From Marsupella aquatica (lineage: Eukaryota > Plantae > Marchantiophyta): DNA of 64,000 nt. Positions 36,386 to 48,250 of the stretch are shown here, one piece after another (within the stretch, counting starts at the first letter, position 1; each line of letters opens with the position of its first letter). Location: the NCBI GenBank assembly GCA_973895155.1, contig OZ316892.1, positions 5,995,878-6,059,877 of the forward strand, read 5' to 3'. Position numbers and translations under genes: made by a program. Under the pieces are notes generated by a model. That model was not told the DNA's origin and did not search any database. It saw only the letters and a list, made by a program, of their open reading frames with translations.

Positions 36386-39300
36386 TCATACCATTGTTTG
36401 AAGATACTGATCCAAAGCACGTCTATCTATTGGATCCAACACATAGATACGATCCATAACCCCTTCTTTCATGGTTAAACTAACACTAGCAATGACCATT
36501 TCAATATCCATCCATTTCAAATCAGTGGTATCATATCTGAATTCACTTTTGCTCTTACCAATAGGACTATACCAATTTAACAACAGTTCACAAATGTTAC
36601 CTGATTGCCCTGCAAGTGGATTTGGCCTATCCATCAAATCAATTGGTGACCGACAATTGCCCCACCTACTGCCATACTTCTGTCTCATTTGGACAATCCG
36701 ACCCAACCAAAAATATTTCTTACCTGCTGAGATTGCCTCCACCACAACCTTATTCTTTCCTCCCTTTCTTTTTCCAGATCTAGTACTTGGAGCAGGACTA
36801 TCATCAGACTCAAATGCAATTGCACAATCAGTGCCAACATCAACAAAACATGAGTTAGGATTGACTTCTTGCACTTTTCTCTTGCCAGTACTATAGTATA
36901 GCACTTGTTTCACCCTTGTCAGCCTATCTTTTGACAAATGCGGATTTCCTACCAACTGGCTTACCAGAGTGGATTTGTAAATCACCTTGCCTTCATAAGT
37001 AACAGTAGGCACTACCTTGGTACGATTCTGTACATTAGTTACAGCATGGACAACTGATCCAAACACATGCCGAACTTCATGACCTAATGTCTCAAGCTCA
37101 TCTGAGGGGTCTACATCAAACTGTATATCATCTCTGTGTACATCATCTGAATGCATCTCAGGAACAACAATGGGATCTGGTTCTGTTAACCATGCATCTA
37201 TTCTATTCAGATCATCCTCAGGATCTTCCAATTCATGAAAATCTCCAGTTGGGCGAGGACCTATGTCTGGTGGTTGGTGCTCTACTTGCTCCTCAGAATC
37301 ATTGCAAACAATTGCTTCCTTCAGAACCACCTCTAGTGGCCAGGTCTCACTTTCCACAACCCAAGGACATGTCCACCATCTCTTTCTAGCTGCTGGTAAG
37401 GAACTTCGTGGAGACATCTGCAATTGATGCATAAGATCCTTAGCAGCAACAAAACCTTCTTTAAGGGCTGCAACCACTAATTCATTAGTCTCAATGAGAG
37501 AATAGTCAAGTAGATTTGGTGCTTCCTCCCCTTCCCCTATAGGATGAATCTTCCCCCATACATGATCTTGTTTCTTATGTGAACGACCTATCTTCAAGCC
37601 TTCTGGTCCATATTCTAGGGCAGCAAGCCGGTTCAGTCCAACAGCACTATCCAACAGAGAGCCAAAATCATAATTCCGCTCATGGCCACTCATGCCTCCT
37701 ACCTTGCTGAAGAAAATCTCACAACAATCTGAACCTAGCAAGTGGAAGGGAACACCTAGATGTGGGAACTTATCTCGAAAGGCACAAATTAACAGCACAA
37801 TGAAATGACATGACATGTTAACATCATGAAAAGCCTGAATAGACATCATGTCTTTCTCAGTGTGTGCTGCAAAGTTCCCACCCACTGAATGGTCACCAAA
37901 CCTCAACCACAATCTCCACAAACGTAGAAAGAATGAAACCTTGGATGCTAACACAATACGGGACCTCAAATCATGAACTGGAGAAAAGAAAATATCTAAG
38001 TAATCTGCACAAATCTCCAAGTACAACTGAGTTCCTAAACTTCGTTCATGTTGTACATCTCTCCTCTCATACATATCTTTTAGACATTGCTGCACTCTTC
38101 TTGCTGCTATTCGTTGTGGACCTGCCCAATTCTGCCGGTCAGTCCTATTCACATCATCCCAAGCCATGCCATGTTCATGAATTGGATAATGATTGTAGAC
38201 ATTAGCTACATAAGATAAAGATGCATGTTGATCTCCTAGCACCAGTAAAGAAGACACTCTGTCTAAGGGGTTTATCATCTTTTTCCCATTATGAGGTTGG
38301 TCTTGGTCACCAAAGCCATACAAATCTCCATTTGGTAGAATTGAAACAGAGTATGTCCACCCTTCCCACCCAACTCCGTACCTTGGGTATGATCCATTCT
38401 GCCCTCTGTAATCTTCCAGCATCAGCTTTCGGCGACGTGCATCACCATCACTAGCATGTCCAAGCAAAGGGCCTACCATAGCTCTACAATATTCATCCCA
38501 AAAAGCCTTTAACTGGACCCAATGCTCTCGTACCCGGCCAAGAAGCTGTGAACTTATTACAAGTTGGAAGTGCACACACAGCCAATTTAGGTAAGGACTC
38601 ATGCAGAGGATTCACAATCACAACTCGGGCATACATGCACTTGGGGCATTGTTCAAATGTACTTACAATTTTATCATACCCCTCATCACCTTCACCAACT
38701 AGAATTTCCAAACCATAGGAGCATACATGCTGCTCTGAAGGTCCACAGAAACCAATGAGAGTATCATACTTTGCCTCCCACCTGAAACACAGACATGCAA
38801 TTTTTCAATATCACAGCAATTCCAGCCAAGTGCTACTTGTAAAGTCATTAAAAAAACAATTGGAAAAATGTCCAGTTCCAATTACCTAGGGCGTTCTTTG
38901 ATCCTTGTTTCATCCTCAGCAAAGATAACAGGCACATCCCCCTCAATGCCCAATGAGTGCTTTGCAGCAGACAACACTCTAGCAATCTCCTGAAAGGTTT
39001 CCTTCCGTAACCCGGTTCGAAAAGGTGTGAGTTTTGCTCTATCACGTTTTAGGGTCACAAGGCTAGGGGCTGTCAAGTTTCGTGCAAAACAATGAGCAAC
39101 TTGACGGCCCCCAAATTGGAACATAGCCTGAGCAATAGCTCGAGTCCTATTACTGTAACGATTACCTTTTGGCTTCCTGCCTAAATTGCGAGCTACATCC
39201 TTCAAGAAATCCCACAAACCCTCCTTACCACCAAATGCACCATTCCTGTGTCCATTCAAAATACTCCTAAGAAACAATCTCAAATCCTTCCTGTCTGCTG

Positions 39301-40966
39301 CAACTCCTAACAACTCCTCTAGTTTACGTTTCCTGGTGCTCAAGGCACATACTTTCTGAGCCTGCAAAGCTAACAACCAACGCTCTTTTCGTCGCACAGA
39401 GTTCAGGTTGTGCACTTGATCTCTTAACTCTGTGTTGGTCAAATAATCCAAACGTATACCACCAGCAGTGGTTCGGCTCCCTCTGTGGACTACTGCTTCC
39501 GCTTCCCTGTGCACCCGTCCACGAAAATCATCTTCTAGTGTTATAGAATCACATTCACTACAAGTTAGATTTTCAAATCCTCCTCCATTCTGTGATAACC
39601 TCAAGCAATCCTTGTCTCTAAAACAGCCTGCTATACTCACAACACTCTCTCTACTTGGATGGAAAACATCCAAGCAACAACTTGGCTCACAATGCCATGT
39701 AATTCCCCCAGACTGATCATCTAAAATGCCAGAAATATCATAAGATATACCCTTCCATAACAGTCGAGGCACACCTCTCTCTACCCATAATCCCCAGCAA
39801 AGCAAACTCAGACCAAGATCAACAAATTCACACACACCTGAACCTGAACCTGAACTGCTGCCTGTCCGGGACCCATCATCTTTAAAGAACTTCAAAATCC
39901 CGCTCTGACCAGGATGTAGGTCCCTAGAATCAGTCCTCTTTGGCCTGCCCCTCTTCCCAGACCTCAAGGCAAGCATTTTTGTGTCATGCCTAGTCTCCAA
40001 TGCATCCAAGTGATCTCGACTCACTAAGTGTGTCCTCAAATTGGGCTCCAAGGTAAGCTTCTTGGGGCACAAGTCAGTGTGAAGCATTCCACAGACAGTG
40101 CAGCGAACCTTAAATAGGAAAGACCTGTTTACATACTCAGGAGTACTGGGATCAGGAACAATAGAGAATAGTTTGCCATCATCCCCAAGCTCAGCATTCA
40201 ATCGCTGAACTATCTCAACACCTACTTTGATGGCGTCTGCATGATCATATTCTGGCTTCTCAGAGATGTCTGCTACCTGAACCAAAGTAGAAGGAATGCC
40301 CCTTCTCCGACAATAGTTATCCTTGTGCTTATTGAAGACCAAGTGTTTGGTCTTAAAATTACTAAAGCAATTGGAGATGGATTTAGGGTTCTGAGAGTTG
40401 TCTGCATTGCCATAAGTTTCCCTACATTCAAGACACTCCAGATGCCCTCGAACATCTGTCCCCTCATCCCAGGTACGAATTCTCCAATTGTGATCACCAT
40501 AACCCTTCTTATGTACCCATTTCTCTAACCTCATCCACTCATCTTTCCATAGCTTTGATGGGACATCTCCCATCAATTGTGACTCAAAAGAAGCCCTTAC
40601 AGGGGAGGGTGCTAGTGCTGTTGGCCTCAGTTGTGGTGTCTCAGTATTTGGACCCAATGATGCAGGAGTGCAAGGATGACAGGGTACTGGTGGGATCCTC
40701 CCACCATCTCCAAGTTCTTGTTGTACAACAATAACTCTTCCATCCAGCTCAGACAGATCAATTAATTTCTCATGTACAAGTTTCACTCGACCAGGAAGTC
40801 TCTCATCCCAAAAATCGAAGTCAAAGTCTAGAGTAGAGGCAATACGAGCCCTAAAATCATGTAGGGTGTGTCCTTCTTTGAATGACAAAACACAGATTGG
40901 TAAATCAGCCTTGTCATCCCCAACTTTGCGTATTAATTTAACAGAGTTGGGTTTAGGGGCTGCCAT
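36386..40966 (-). pseudogene. P-element-like DDE transposase, ~1490 aa reconstructed; intron 38782-38885; one frameshift near 38535
   Basis: Ordered motifs FAEDETRIK, DTLIGFCG, HASDGD, DQPHNGKKMINPL (DxxH), DRQN, GSDCCEIFFS resemble the P/THAP9 catalytic core; N-terminal CxxC..H zinc-finger-like motifs and an AT-hook (KRGRPK). Confidence 0.75.
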
Positions 40967-41465
40967 TGCAATACAAATCTAGAACATGCATAGCACCATT
41001 GCTTTTGGAGTCGATAACAGAAAGACCTGCACAAATACATTTGAAATACACACAAGGGAAACACATTAGGATCTTCAAGAGATGCAATGACAACATACAC
41101 ATTCTCATGTCAGTAATGTACATAATGTCAGCATACATTTAACAATAGAAGTGCTAATAGGCCAAAACACTTTATAATGCAATCCATCATACATGCAAAT
41201 GTATTCAGTGAAAATCATGATATACCGTTAAAGTTGGATAAAATATCTTTAGAAAAAATATCCTTTTTGCCTAGTTTTCTAACAATTCCTGAGGTTTAGT
41301 GCTTTTGCTCATCAAAATGCAGCACTATTAGTGACCGTAATTATGACAAAATGTCAACACTAATAAAATTGGGTACTACCACCCATGATGCAGCTTAAGT
41401 ATATGCCTTGCTCATACCCCACTAAGACGTTGAAACCTAAGTAATAGGTTTGTTCATTATTCAGA

Positions 41466-42215
41466 TCACTGGAGCCATGAAATGTGGTCCCTGATTGGAG
41501 TCTTCAGGTGTGGATCAATAGGATGACGGGGGCAATAAAACATCTGTCGCTGTTGTCCATGTGCTTCATGTTCCCAGATGTCCCTATCATGAGCAAACCC
41601 TTTGCTTTTGATCATCTGGAGACAATCTGTATGCCAGGCATTTGGACATCGTAAACATTGTACCATGTTCTTGACCATCTGACCCTCAAGACTCTGATAA
41701 CATGTCACACATGTATGCAGTGGGCAGGACTTTGCAGCAGCTACCAAACACCCAAAGCAATAAAATCGTACACAAAAATGATCAGAGCATTTTCGCACAA
41801 TTGTAGGTGACGGTCCCACAGTGCGGCACCCATAACACATGGCCTGGTCCTGGTTACAATTTGGGCAAAACCATGGCTTCCCTCCATGATGGAGGGGAAG
41901 GACTACACAGGGGCAAGAGTCATTAGGGGCTTCATCTCCAACCACATAATGAAATTGCCTGTGACATGGCCCATCACAAATTACCAACTTCCCACCATGC
42001 TCACAAATTGCACAAACATGAGGGCTGGTTTGTAGAATCTCTTGCTCAGAGAACAAGGGAATACACAATACCTCTTCTAAAGAGGATTGTGTTGCTTTCT
42101 TTATGTTTGAAGTCCTTGTCGGCATGGTTACAACTGAAATCATCACAAAGCACATCACATATGAGAGGGACATGTATGATACTGGGCAATCCATAGAACT
42201 TGGAGAAATCCACAT
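41466..42215 (-). CDS. EDM2/NSD-type tandem PHD-finger protein carried by the P-like element (true start uncertain)
   Basis: CAICEHGGKLVICDGPCHRQFH..WFCPNC..CYGC..CPLHTCVTC..CLRCPNAWHTDCL..FYCPRHPIDPHLKTPIRDHI follows the EDM2 PHD-cluster pattern. Confidence 0.85.
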   Translation of the reverse strand: MWISPSSMDCPVSYMSLSYVMCFVMISVVTMPTRTSNIKKATQSSLEEVLCIPLFSEQEILQTSPHVCAICEHGGKLVICDGPCHRQFHYVVGDEAPNDSCPCVVLPLHHGGKPWFCPNCNQDQAMCYGCRTVGPSPTIVRKCSDHFCVRFYCFGCLVAAAKSCPLHTCVTCYQSLEGQMVKNMVQCLRCPNAWHTDCLQMIKSKGFAHDRDIWEHEAHGQQRQMFYCPRHPIDPHLKTPIRDHISWLQ

Positions 42216-42467
42216 TTGAAGTAGTTACAAACCTGCTCCAATGATCTGCAAACCTCCCTCCCAGATGAAGTCAACTACACAGTGCAGCCTGGACACCCAC
42301 CAACCAAGACATACATAAATACAATGCCAGCTTGCGAAACTTTGCCACATAATGGGAATGAAAATTATTCTCATATATCATGGATGGTACAATTGCAGCC
42401 TTGCAAACAAAGGCCTAGTCATCCCGGACCTCAAGTCATGAACAACGCATCCATGTACTATCAGGGA

Positions 42468-42866
42468 CTACAATGTCAAGCATCCATGGGCTGTAACCTT
42501 AGCTTGACCTGGAATACTATCTGGGGCTACAATATCAAGCTCAGTTATATGTGGAATACTATCTAGGACTACAATGTCAAGCGTGTCCGGGATGACAATC
42601 TTGCGTAAAAGACACTCATTTTGAGGCCAAATGGTTGGCCTTATACAAGAGCACCTCCAGCGACGTGTGACAACTTTGCCATGCTTTCCCATGTATGTCC
42701 TAGTAACAAGTCTTCCACGCATTTTCAAGCAGAAGCAATGGAACCATTCAAAATTGCCATCACCAACCCTGCACTTCACACAAGATTCGCACCAGCAGCA
42801 TTCATCTGGATGCTGCAAAAGGAGCTTCTCATAATTCGCTTCTAATGTAATGCCCAATTTAGCCAT
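42468..42866 (-). CDS. Small Cys-rich ORF of unknown function in the P-like element, possibly an upstream exon of the PHD gene
   Basis: 132 aa, ATG start, CCWCESCVKC..HCFC..CSC, same strand as the neighbouring genes. Confidence 0.35.
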   Translation of the reverse strand: MAKLGITLEANYEKLLLQHPDECCWCESCVKCRVGDGNFEWFHCFCLKMRGRLVTRTYMGKHGKVVTRRWRCSCIRPTIWPQNECLLRKIVIPDTLDIVVLDSIPHITELDIVAPDSIPGQAKVTAHGCLTL

Positions 42867-44999
42867 GGCACTATTTTTTTTACTCGGTGAATGGCCAGGC
42901 GATCAGACGTGCAATGACAGGCAACTTACAATTCACTAGGTACAGTATGTGCTCTAGCAAACTGCTTCACCGCAAGTGCTGGTGCTCACAGCTACAAGCA
43001 CTGATTGCTTTTGCAACCTGTGAACAAAATTAAAACCACCAGTTCAATAAGTTTCAAATGCTGCAAGCACTGAAGACAACCAATTGGCCATGATGCATGT
43101 TACGACAGCAATAAACAAATAATTGGGCTCAACAGACCTGAATAGCTAACCTGAATAGCTAACCTGAATAGGATCATGGACCTCTCATAGCTATGGTGTC
43201 CTTCCTACATTACACATTGGTCTAATTTATGCAGTGTTTCACTATGATTGTGTTCCATAGAAGAGCATCCAATCTGGCTGACCATTGGAGGAAGCTTGGG
43301 CTGGGTCATAGCTACAGCAATTACTCCTCTGCAAATGCTATTTGTTGGTAACACATGTTTACTCATCAGTAGATGAATGAAGCATCTGAGGTTTTTGAAA
43401 CTTGTGCTCTGATGAGGGAGTGAGTGACGTGGGAGCCATGATAATCATAGATTCAATGCAAAAGCAAAATCCGTGCTCAAAGGCAAACGTGGCAAAATTG
43501 GGTATATGTTCTTCACTGCCAAAGCTTCTGTTTGCGCAGCAAAATCCACGAAAGGAATGAAGGAACAAGGGGGAACTCCAGACTCAAGAGCCTCAATTGC
43601 TGCATTGTGGAAACGCGTTGCGTGGGAGAAGTCATTGGCTTGTAGAAGAAGTAAAAGTGTGCTGGTGAAGGATTTTGTGGTCGGGGTGCATCATAAGGTT
43701 GACACAGAGAAGAGAGAGGTGTGGAGAGGCGAGGAGAGGAGCAGAAAAGTAGGAAAGGCCGTGTAAGGCAGTCGATAAAAAGCGAGTTAGGTTTGGAGTG
43801 TCCTCTCGACAGCAAAGGATTTCGTGTGTGCTGAATTTGTTGCTGGTCCAAATTCCAGGAGCCAGTCAGTAACGGAATAGTGGAATTTTGGGAATAGCAG
43901 ATGCTCATCAGTCGCAGCATCTGCGTATGTTTTGTCATCTGGGGAGAATTCAATGAGGTTTGTGGTTTTGGGGAAGGCTGCTGTGAAGAGTTTGTGTTCG
44001 TGTGGAGGGATTGGTGGCAAATTTTGATTGGTGCAGGGCAGAAGTAGCAAGAGATGGGAGAGTGACAGGATGTGGAGATCGGTTGGCCGTAACCAAGGCA
44101 GCGCCAATGACGACGAGGAGCGCGAAGAGGCAAAGGCGGAGGAAGATGAGGAGGTAGAAGAACCAGACCACCAAATAGAGAATTTACTACATCAAAGACA
44201 CTACAGAGATGAGCGCATCAATGGGCTACAACATATTCAAGTGTGGATCCCTTTTTTGCAATCAACTCACGGAAATAGAGGATTTACACTTACTTGCCCC
44301 ACCACAAATCATTCTTGGAAGTGTCTTCCTTGACAACACGTTTGTCCTTCGGAGATCGGCCAGTTTTCGCCCCGGAAAGCGTGGCAAGAGCCCCTGTCCA
44401 GGTGATGTACAAACTCTTCTCGTGCTTCAGAGCCTGTTCGTAAAGCGCTGCAAAGAGAAACGGCAAAAACTTTAGTCATTATAATTGAATCAGAACATGG
44501 GAACAGACAGAGACAGCTTCCAAACGCTCAACTAAATCCTGAAGCAACAACCATGACGATCGCGACCCATATGCGGCGAATGGACACAACTATGCTAGGA
44601 CAGGACACAACGAGAGGGCACCGATCACCGTATCTAGAGAGCTGATTTATTCGTCTCCTACAAATCATAAGTCGCACAGTAGAGTTTCTACGCATCTTAA
44701 CGTAGGAACGAAGGTAAAAGGTAGTTTTTTTACCAGGCATCCTTGGAAATGAAAGCAACTTTTGAACTATCGACATGATGTGACAGAGTACAAGAAAGGC
44801 CTTCAGTGCATGTGAAACAGAAATGCTAGAACTACTCATGAGTTCACATGAAACACAATTCCCCGGTCTAACTACTTTCAAATCTCGATGGGCAAATCTA
44901 ATGCATATGACTTGCGCAAGCAATGTCTATGGAACACATCGGCTACGACCGCTACCAGATAAGGTGTGCCATGCGTGGTACATATGGGCTTCAAACAGT

Positions 45000-45965
45000 A
45001 GCAAGCAAGCATGATTGAGCGTCAAACAATAGCAAGCAAGCAAGCACGATCGTCAAAGCAGGAAGCGCCCACCTCCTGGTTGAGCAACACAGCAATGCTG
45101 GCAGTAGCCCTCGCAATCCTGTTTGAGCAAGCAACAATGCAACACTCTCGCTCCCGTTTCAGCAAGCTAGTAGCTCCCGTTTCAGCAAGGTAGCAGCTTC
45201 CGTTTCAACAAGCAGCAACGCCACACTCCCGGCACCCACCTCTTGTTTGAGCAGCTGCAACGCAGCACTTGCAACAGCCACACTCCCGCCCGCACTCCCT
45301 GTTTGAGCAACAACACAGCAGTCACATAAACTTTCCTATCATTTCAGCAACAGGAACGTAGCACACTCCCTCAACCAAGACAATAGCGCACCTATACACT
45401 CCAACCTTGCAGCGCAACACTCTCGCCTAATCCTTCATTCCCGGGTTCACTCCAAGCAGCAGTGCAACCGAGAAGTCTCGCTCTCCCCTTTACTCTAAGC
45501 AGCAGCGCAGCTGAGAAGTCTCGCTCTCCCCTTCACTCTAAGCAGCAGTGCAGCTGAGAAGTCTCGCTCTCCCCTTCACTCTAAGCAGCAGCGTAGCCAA
45601 GAACGACCTTGATCCTTCACTCCCAAGTAGCAGCGCGCAGTCGAGAACTCTGGGTTGATCCTTCACTTCAAGCAGCAACAGCAGCAACGCAGCCGAGAGC
45701 GCAACACTCTCGCTCTCCTCTTCACTCCAAGGCGCAGCCAACAACTCTCGCTCGATCCTTCGCTCTAAGCAGCAGTGCAGCCAATAAATGTTGCTTGATC
45801 CTTCACTCCAAGCAGCCGTAGCAGCAGCGCAGGCGAGACCACAACACTCTCGCTCGATCCTTCTTCACTCACAGCCGAGAGCACAACACTCTCGCTTGAT
45901 CCATCTTCACTCGCATCCGAGGTCACAACACTCTCTCTCAATCCTTCTTTGCTCCAAGCAGCAGC
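45000..45965. repeat. Subterminal tandem repeats of the P-like element, including a 43-bp unit
   Basis: TCGCTCTCCCCTTCACTCTAAGCAGCAG.GCAGCTGAGAAGTC x3 at ~45475-45600, plus degenerate ACACTCTCGCT..ATCCTTC..CACTC units. Confidence 0.85.
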
Positions 45966-46517
45966 ACACTCGTTTAGACCCCCGTTTACACCATTTGCTG
46001 CAAGGTACAAACAAAAGAGTCTCTCATCCCAAACAGCGGGTGGGGCCAAAGGGATATTGGAGGGAAATGACACGGGAGGAGACTAAGAAGGGCGGCCAAT
46101 TGAGGGAAACTAGACATGTTAAACGGAACAATTTCAAACTTAATCCCACTCAAACCCTAAACGTGAGTCCCCAAAAAACCAGACCCACTTAAATCATTCT
46201 CAAATTAGAATCCATGTTAAAATAAACATGACTTAGGAAAATATATTGAGAATGTTATGTGTGCCATGTGTACCAATGATATAGTGACACGTGTAATTTA
46301 CATAGTCCGACACAAAGACCCCCTAACTTCCTTGTATGCCTTCCATCTACATAGTCAAAAATATTAATATCCCTATTATTCTTACAAGTTGTCCAACATA
46401 TAAAATTGACCCTATTGTTCTTACACAAATCTTCTTAAGTCTTCCGAGAAACCCAATTAACGGACCCTATACTTAGTCGCACGTGATATGAGATTTTCGC
46501 GAAGTGAGACCCCCGAG

Positions 46518-47137
46518 ACTGCTTCTCGAAAAAAAGGATTATTTGAAACATTGAATGGAATACCACTGGTGTAGAAAGCTTTCGCCCAAAGCTTATCCAA
46601 ATTTGTTCTATTTGGAATTTGATAGGCATCCATAATTGGGTTAGGAAGATTTACTGGCCTATCTCCTTCCCTTACATGTGTATCATCCATGTCAACATAG
46701 TTTGACCCTCGTGTGGATGCTTGCGAATATGAACTTCCAACGCTTGGCCTACGACCTCTCACATCCCGCAAGATATGACTTCCATCTCGTCGTTTGTACT
46801 TTAAGGTCGGTGGAACCTTTATCACATTGTACATAATGTTGATGGCATCCAAATCGACGACACCATAGAGTTGCATGCAAGGGGGCGCATCCCCTTTTTG
46901 GATGTTTCCCATCAAATGCGCCTTTGCTCGTGTTGCATGATGAGTAACGTATGTTAAACAATACTTGCATCTTCGATAGATACGATTGACATCATGACAT
47001 GTTGAAGGCGCATCACATCGTTCAAAATATCTCCACACTGGAGATTGTTTTGAAGGGTGTTCTTGCACACGAGTTGGACCAGGCCTGGGAGTAGTGGAAT
47101 GATATCCAGTTTCATGCGAATCCTCTTCATCGGACAT
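46518..47137 (-). pseudogene. hAT transposase N-terminal part with BED zinc finger, separated from the rest by the nested element
   Basis: MSDEED..SPVWRYF..CKYC..RAKAHL..C; AFYTSGIPFNVSNNPFF; the joined product is 967 aa after removing the insertion and one extra A. Confidence 0.9.
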
Positions 47138-47709
47138 TGTTACGACTCTCAATGGTAAAAAAATAAAAGGGTTGATTCTTTTGATTTTGTGAATATAACA
47201 AATATAGTACAATGGGTTACTTTCCTGAATTATCGCAGACTGGGCCTAAGCTCAAAGCATGCGCAGGAAAGTTTCCCAAATTCTTATATTTGTCAACATC
47301 CCTACTTCAACCTATGTTATGTAATATCTATAACTTCACAATAGTTTATCTTTGAAGTGAACATATGTACGAGAAATCGTGATACCCATATGAAATGTCA
47401 TAGACCGAGCCAAAGCTCTAAGCATATGCACATGGGTATCTCTTTACTCGCAAGTAGTTCACTTTCAAACAAAACAATGATGCAAAGTTGTTAAGGCGAT
47501 ATAAGGAACTTCTCGTACGAATTATCGCAGACCGAGCCGAGCTCAAAGCATGCGCGTACAAGAGTTCCAATGTATCCCTCCGATCTCTCCCTAATGCTAA
47601 ACCACAAGAGAGAGAAACACAATGAGACTGTGGATTAGTGAAATGAATTAGTTATTCCTACTTATACTAAATCATCTACTTCTTATCCTCTCTTAAAACT
47701 CTTAATCTT

Positions 47710-48250
47710 TGATCCTAACCCTAATTGCGCCTCCCTTAACCCTAATCTCGCGCCCCTAACCCTAATCCCGCCTCTAACTCTTCCCCGGCCACCAATTCCC
47801 GAGCCCCGTCCCCGAACCCCGCACCCCGTTCCCCGAACCCCGCACCCCGTTCCCCGAACCCCGTTCCCCGCATCCCCGAACCCCCTACCTCGTTCCCCGA
47901 ACCCCGTTCCCCAAATCCTCGAATCCCGGCCCCCCTTTCCCGCCCCCCCTTCCCCGGTTCCCCGAATCCTCTTCCCCGAATGCCCCCCGTCCCCGGTTCC
48001 CCGAATCCCGTCCCCCGGGCCACCTTTACCCCGGCCGGCCCCGGAAGGGTCCGGGCAGGGTTTGGGTGGGGGTCCGGGGAGGGTTCGGGAAAGGCCCGAG
48101 AGTCCGGGGAGTGTTCGGGGGAGGGTCCGGGGAGGGTCCGGGAAGGGCCCGGGAGTCCGGGTTCGGGTCAGGGGGAGTTCGGGTTCAGGTCCGGGGTGCT
48201 CGGGAGGTGTTCGCGAAAGGTCCGGGGAAGTCGGGGTTCGTTCGGGAGAA
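47710..48250. repeat. Right subterminal GC-rich array: CCCTAA boxes, then C-rich CCCCGAACCCC, then a switch to G-rich GGGTCCGGG
   Basis: Direct reading; strand skew inverts at ~48040. Confidence 0.9.

Larger units (their letters stand above)
35739..46517. mobile_element. P-element/THAP9-like DNA transposon, 10,779 bp, inserted in the hAT transposase ORF
   Basis: Perfect 15-bp TIR CTCGGGGGTCTCACT (35739-35753) / AGTGAGACCCCCGAG (46503-46517); 8-bp TSD ACTGCTTC (35731-35738, 46518-46525); removing it restores the hAT frame FFREAV-IETSKGIVNGYSLPTMRSLR. Confidence 0.93.

Noticed and set aside
42200-42275. MBD-like motif SSGREVCRSLEQVCNYF on the minus strand, upstream of the PHD ORF
   Set aside because: Too short, preceded by a stop, and the rest of the MBD fold is not visible
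43600-44110. LPWLRPTDL resembling the N-terminus of SUVR3-type or F-box-like proteins
   Set aside because: Only a few residues match and no downstream domain follows
35730-46525. Alternative 9-bp TSD (GACTGCTTC) suggesting a Mutator element
   Set aside because: The G at 46517 belongs to the perfect 15-bp TIR, which gives an 8-bp TSD; the transposase motifs are not MULE-like
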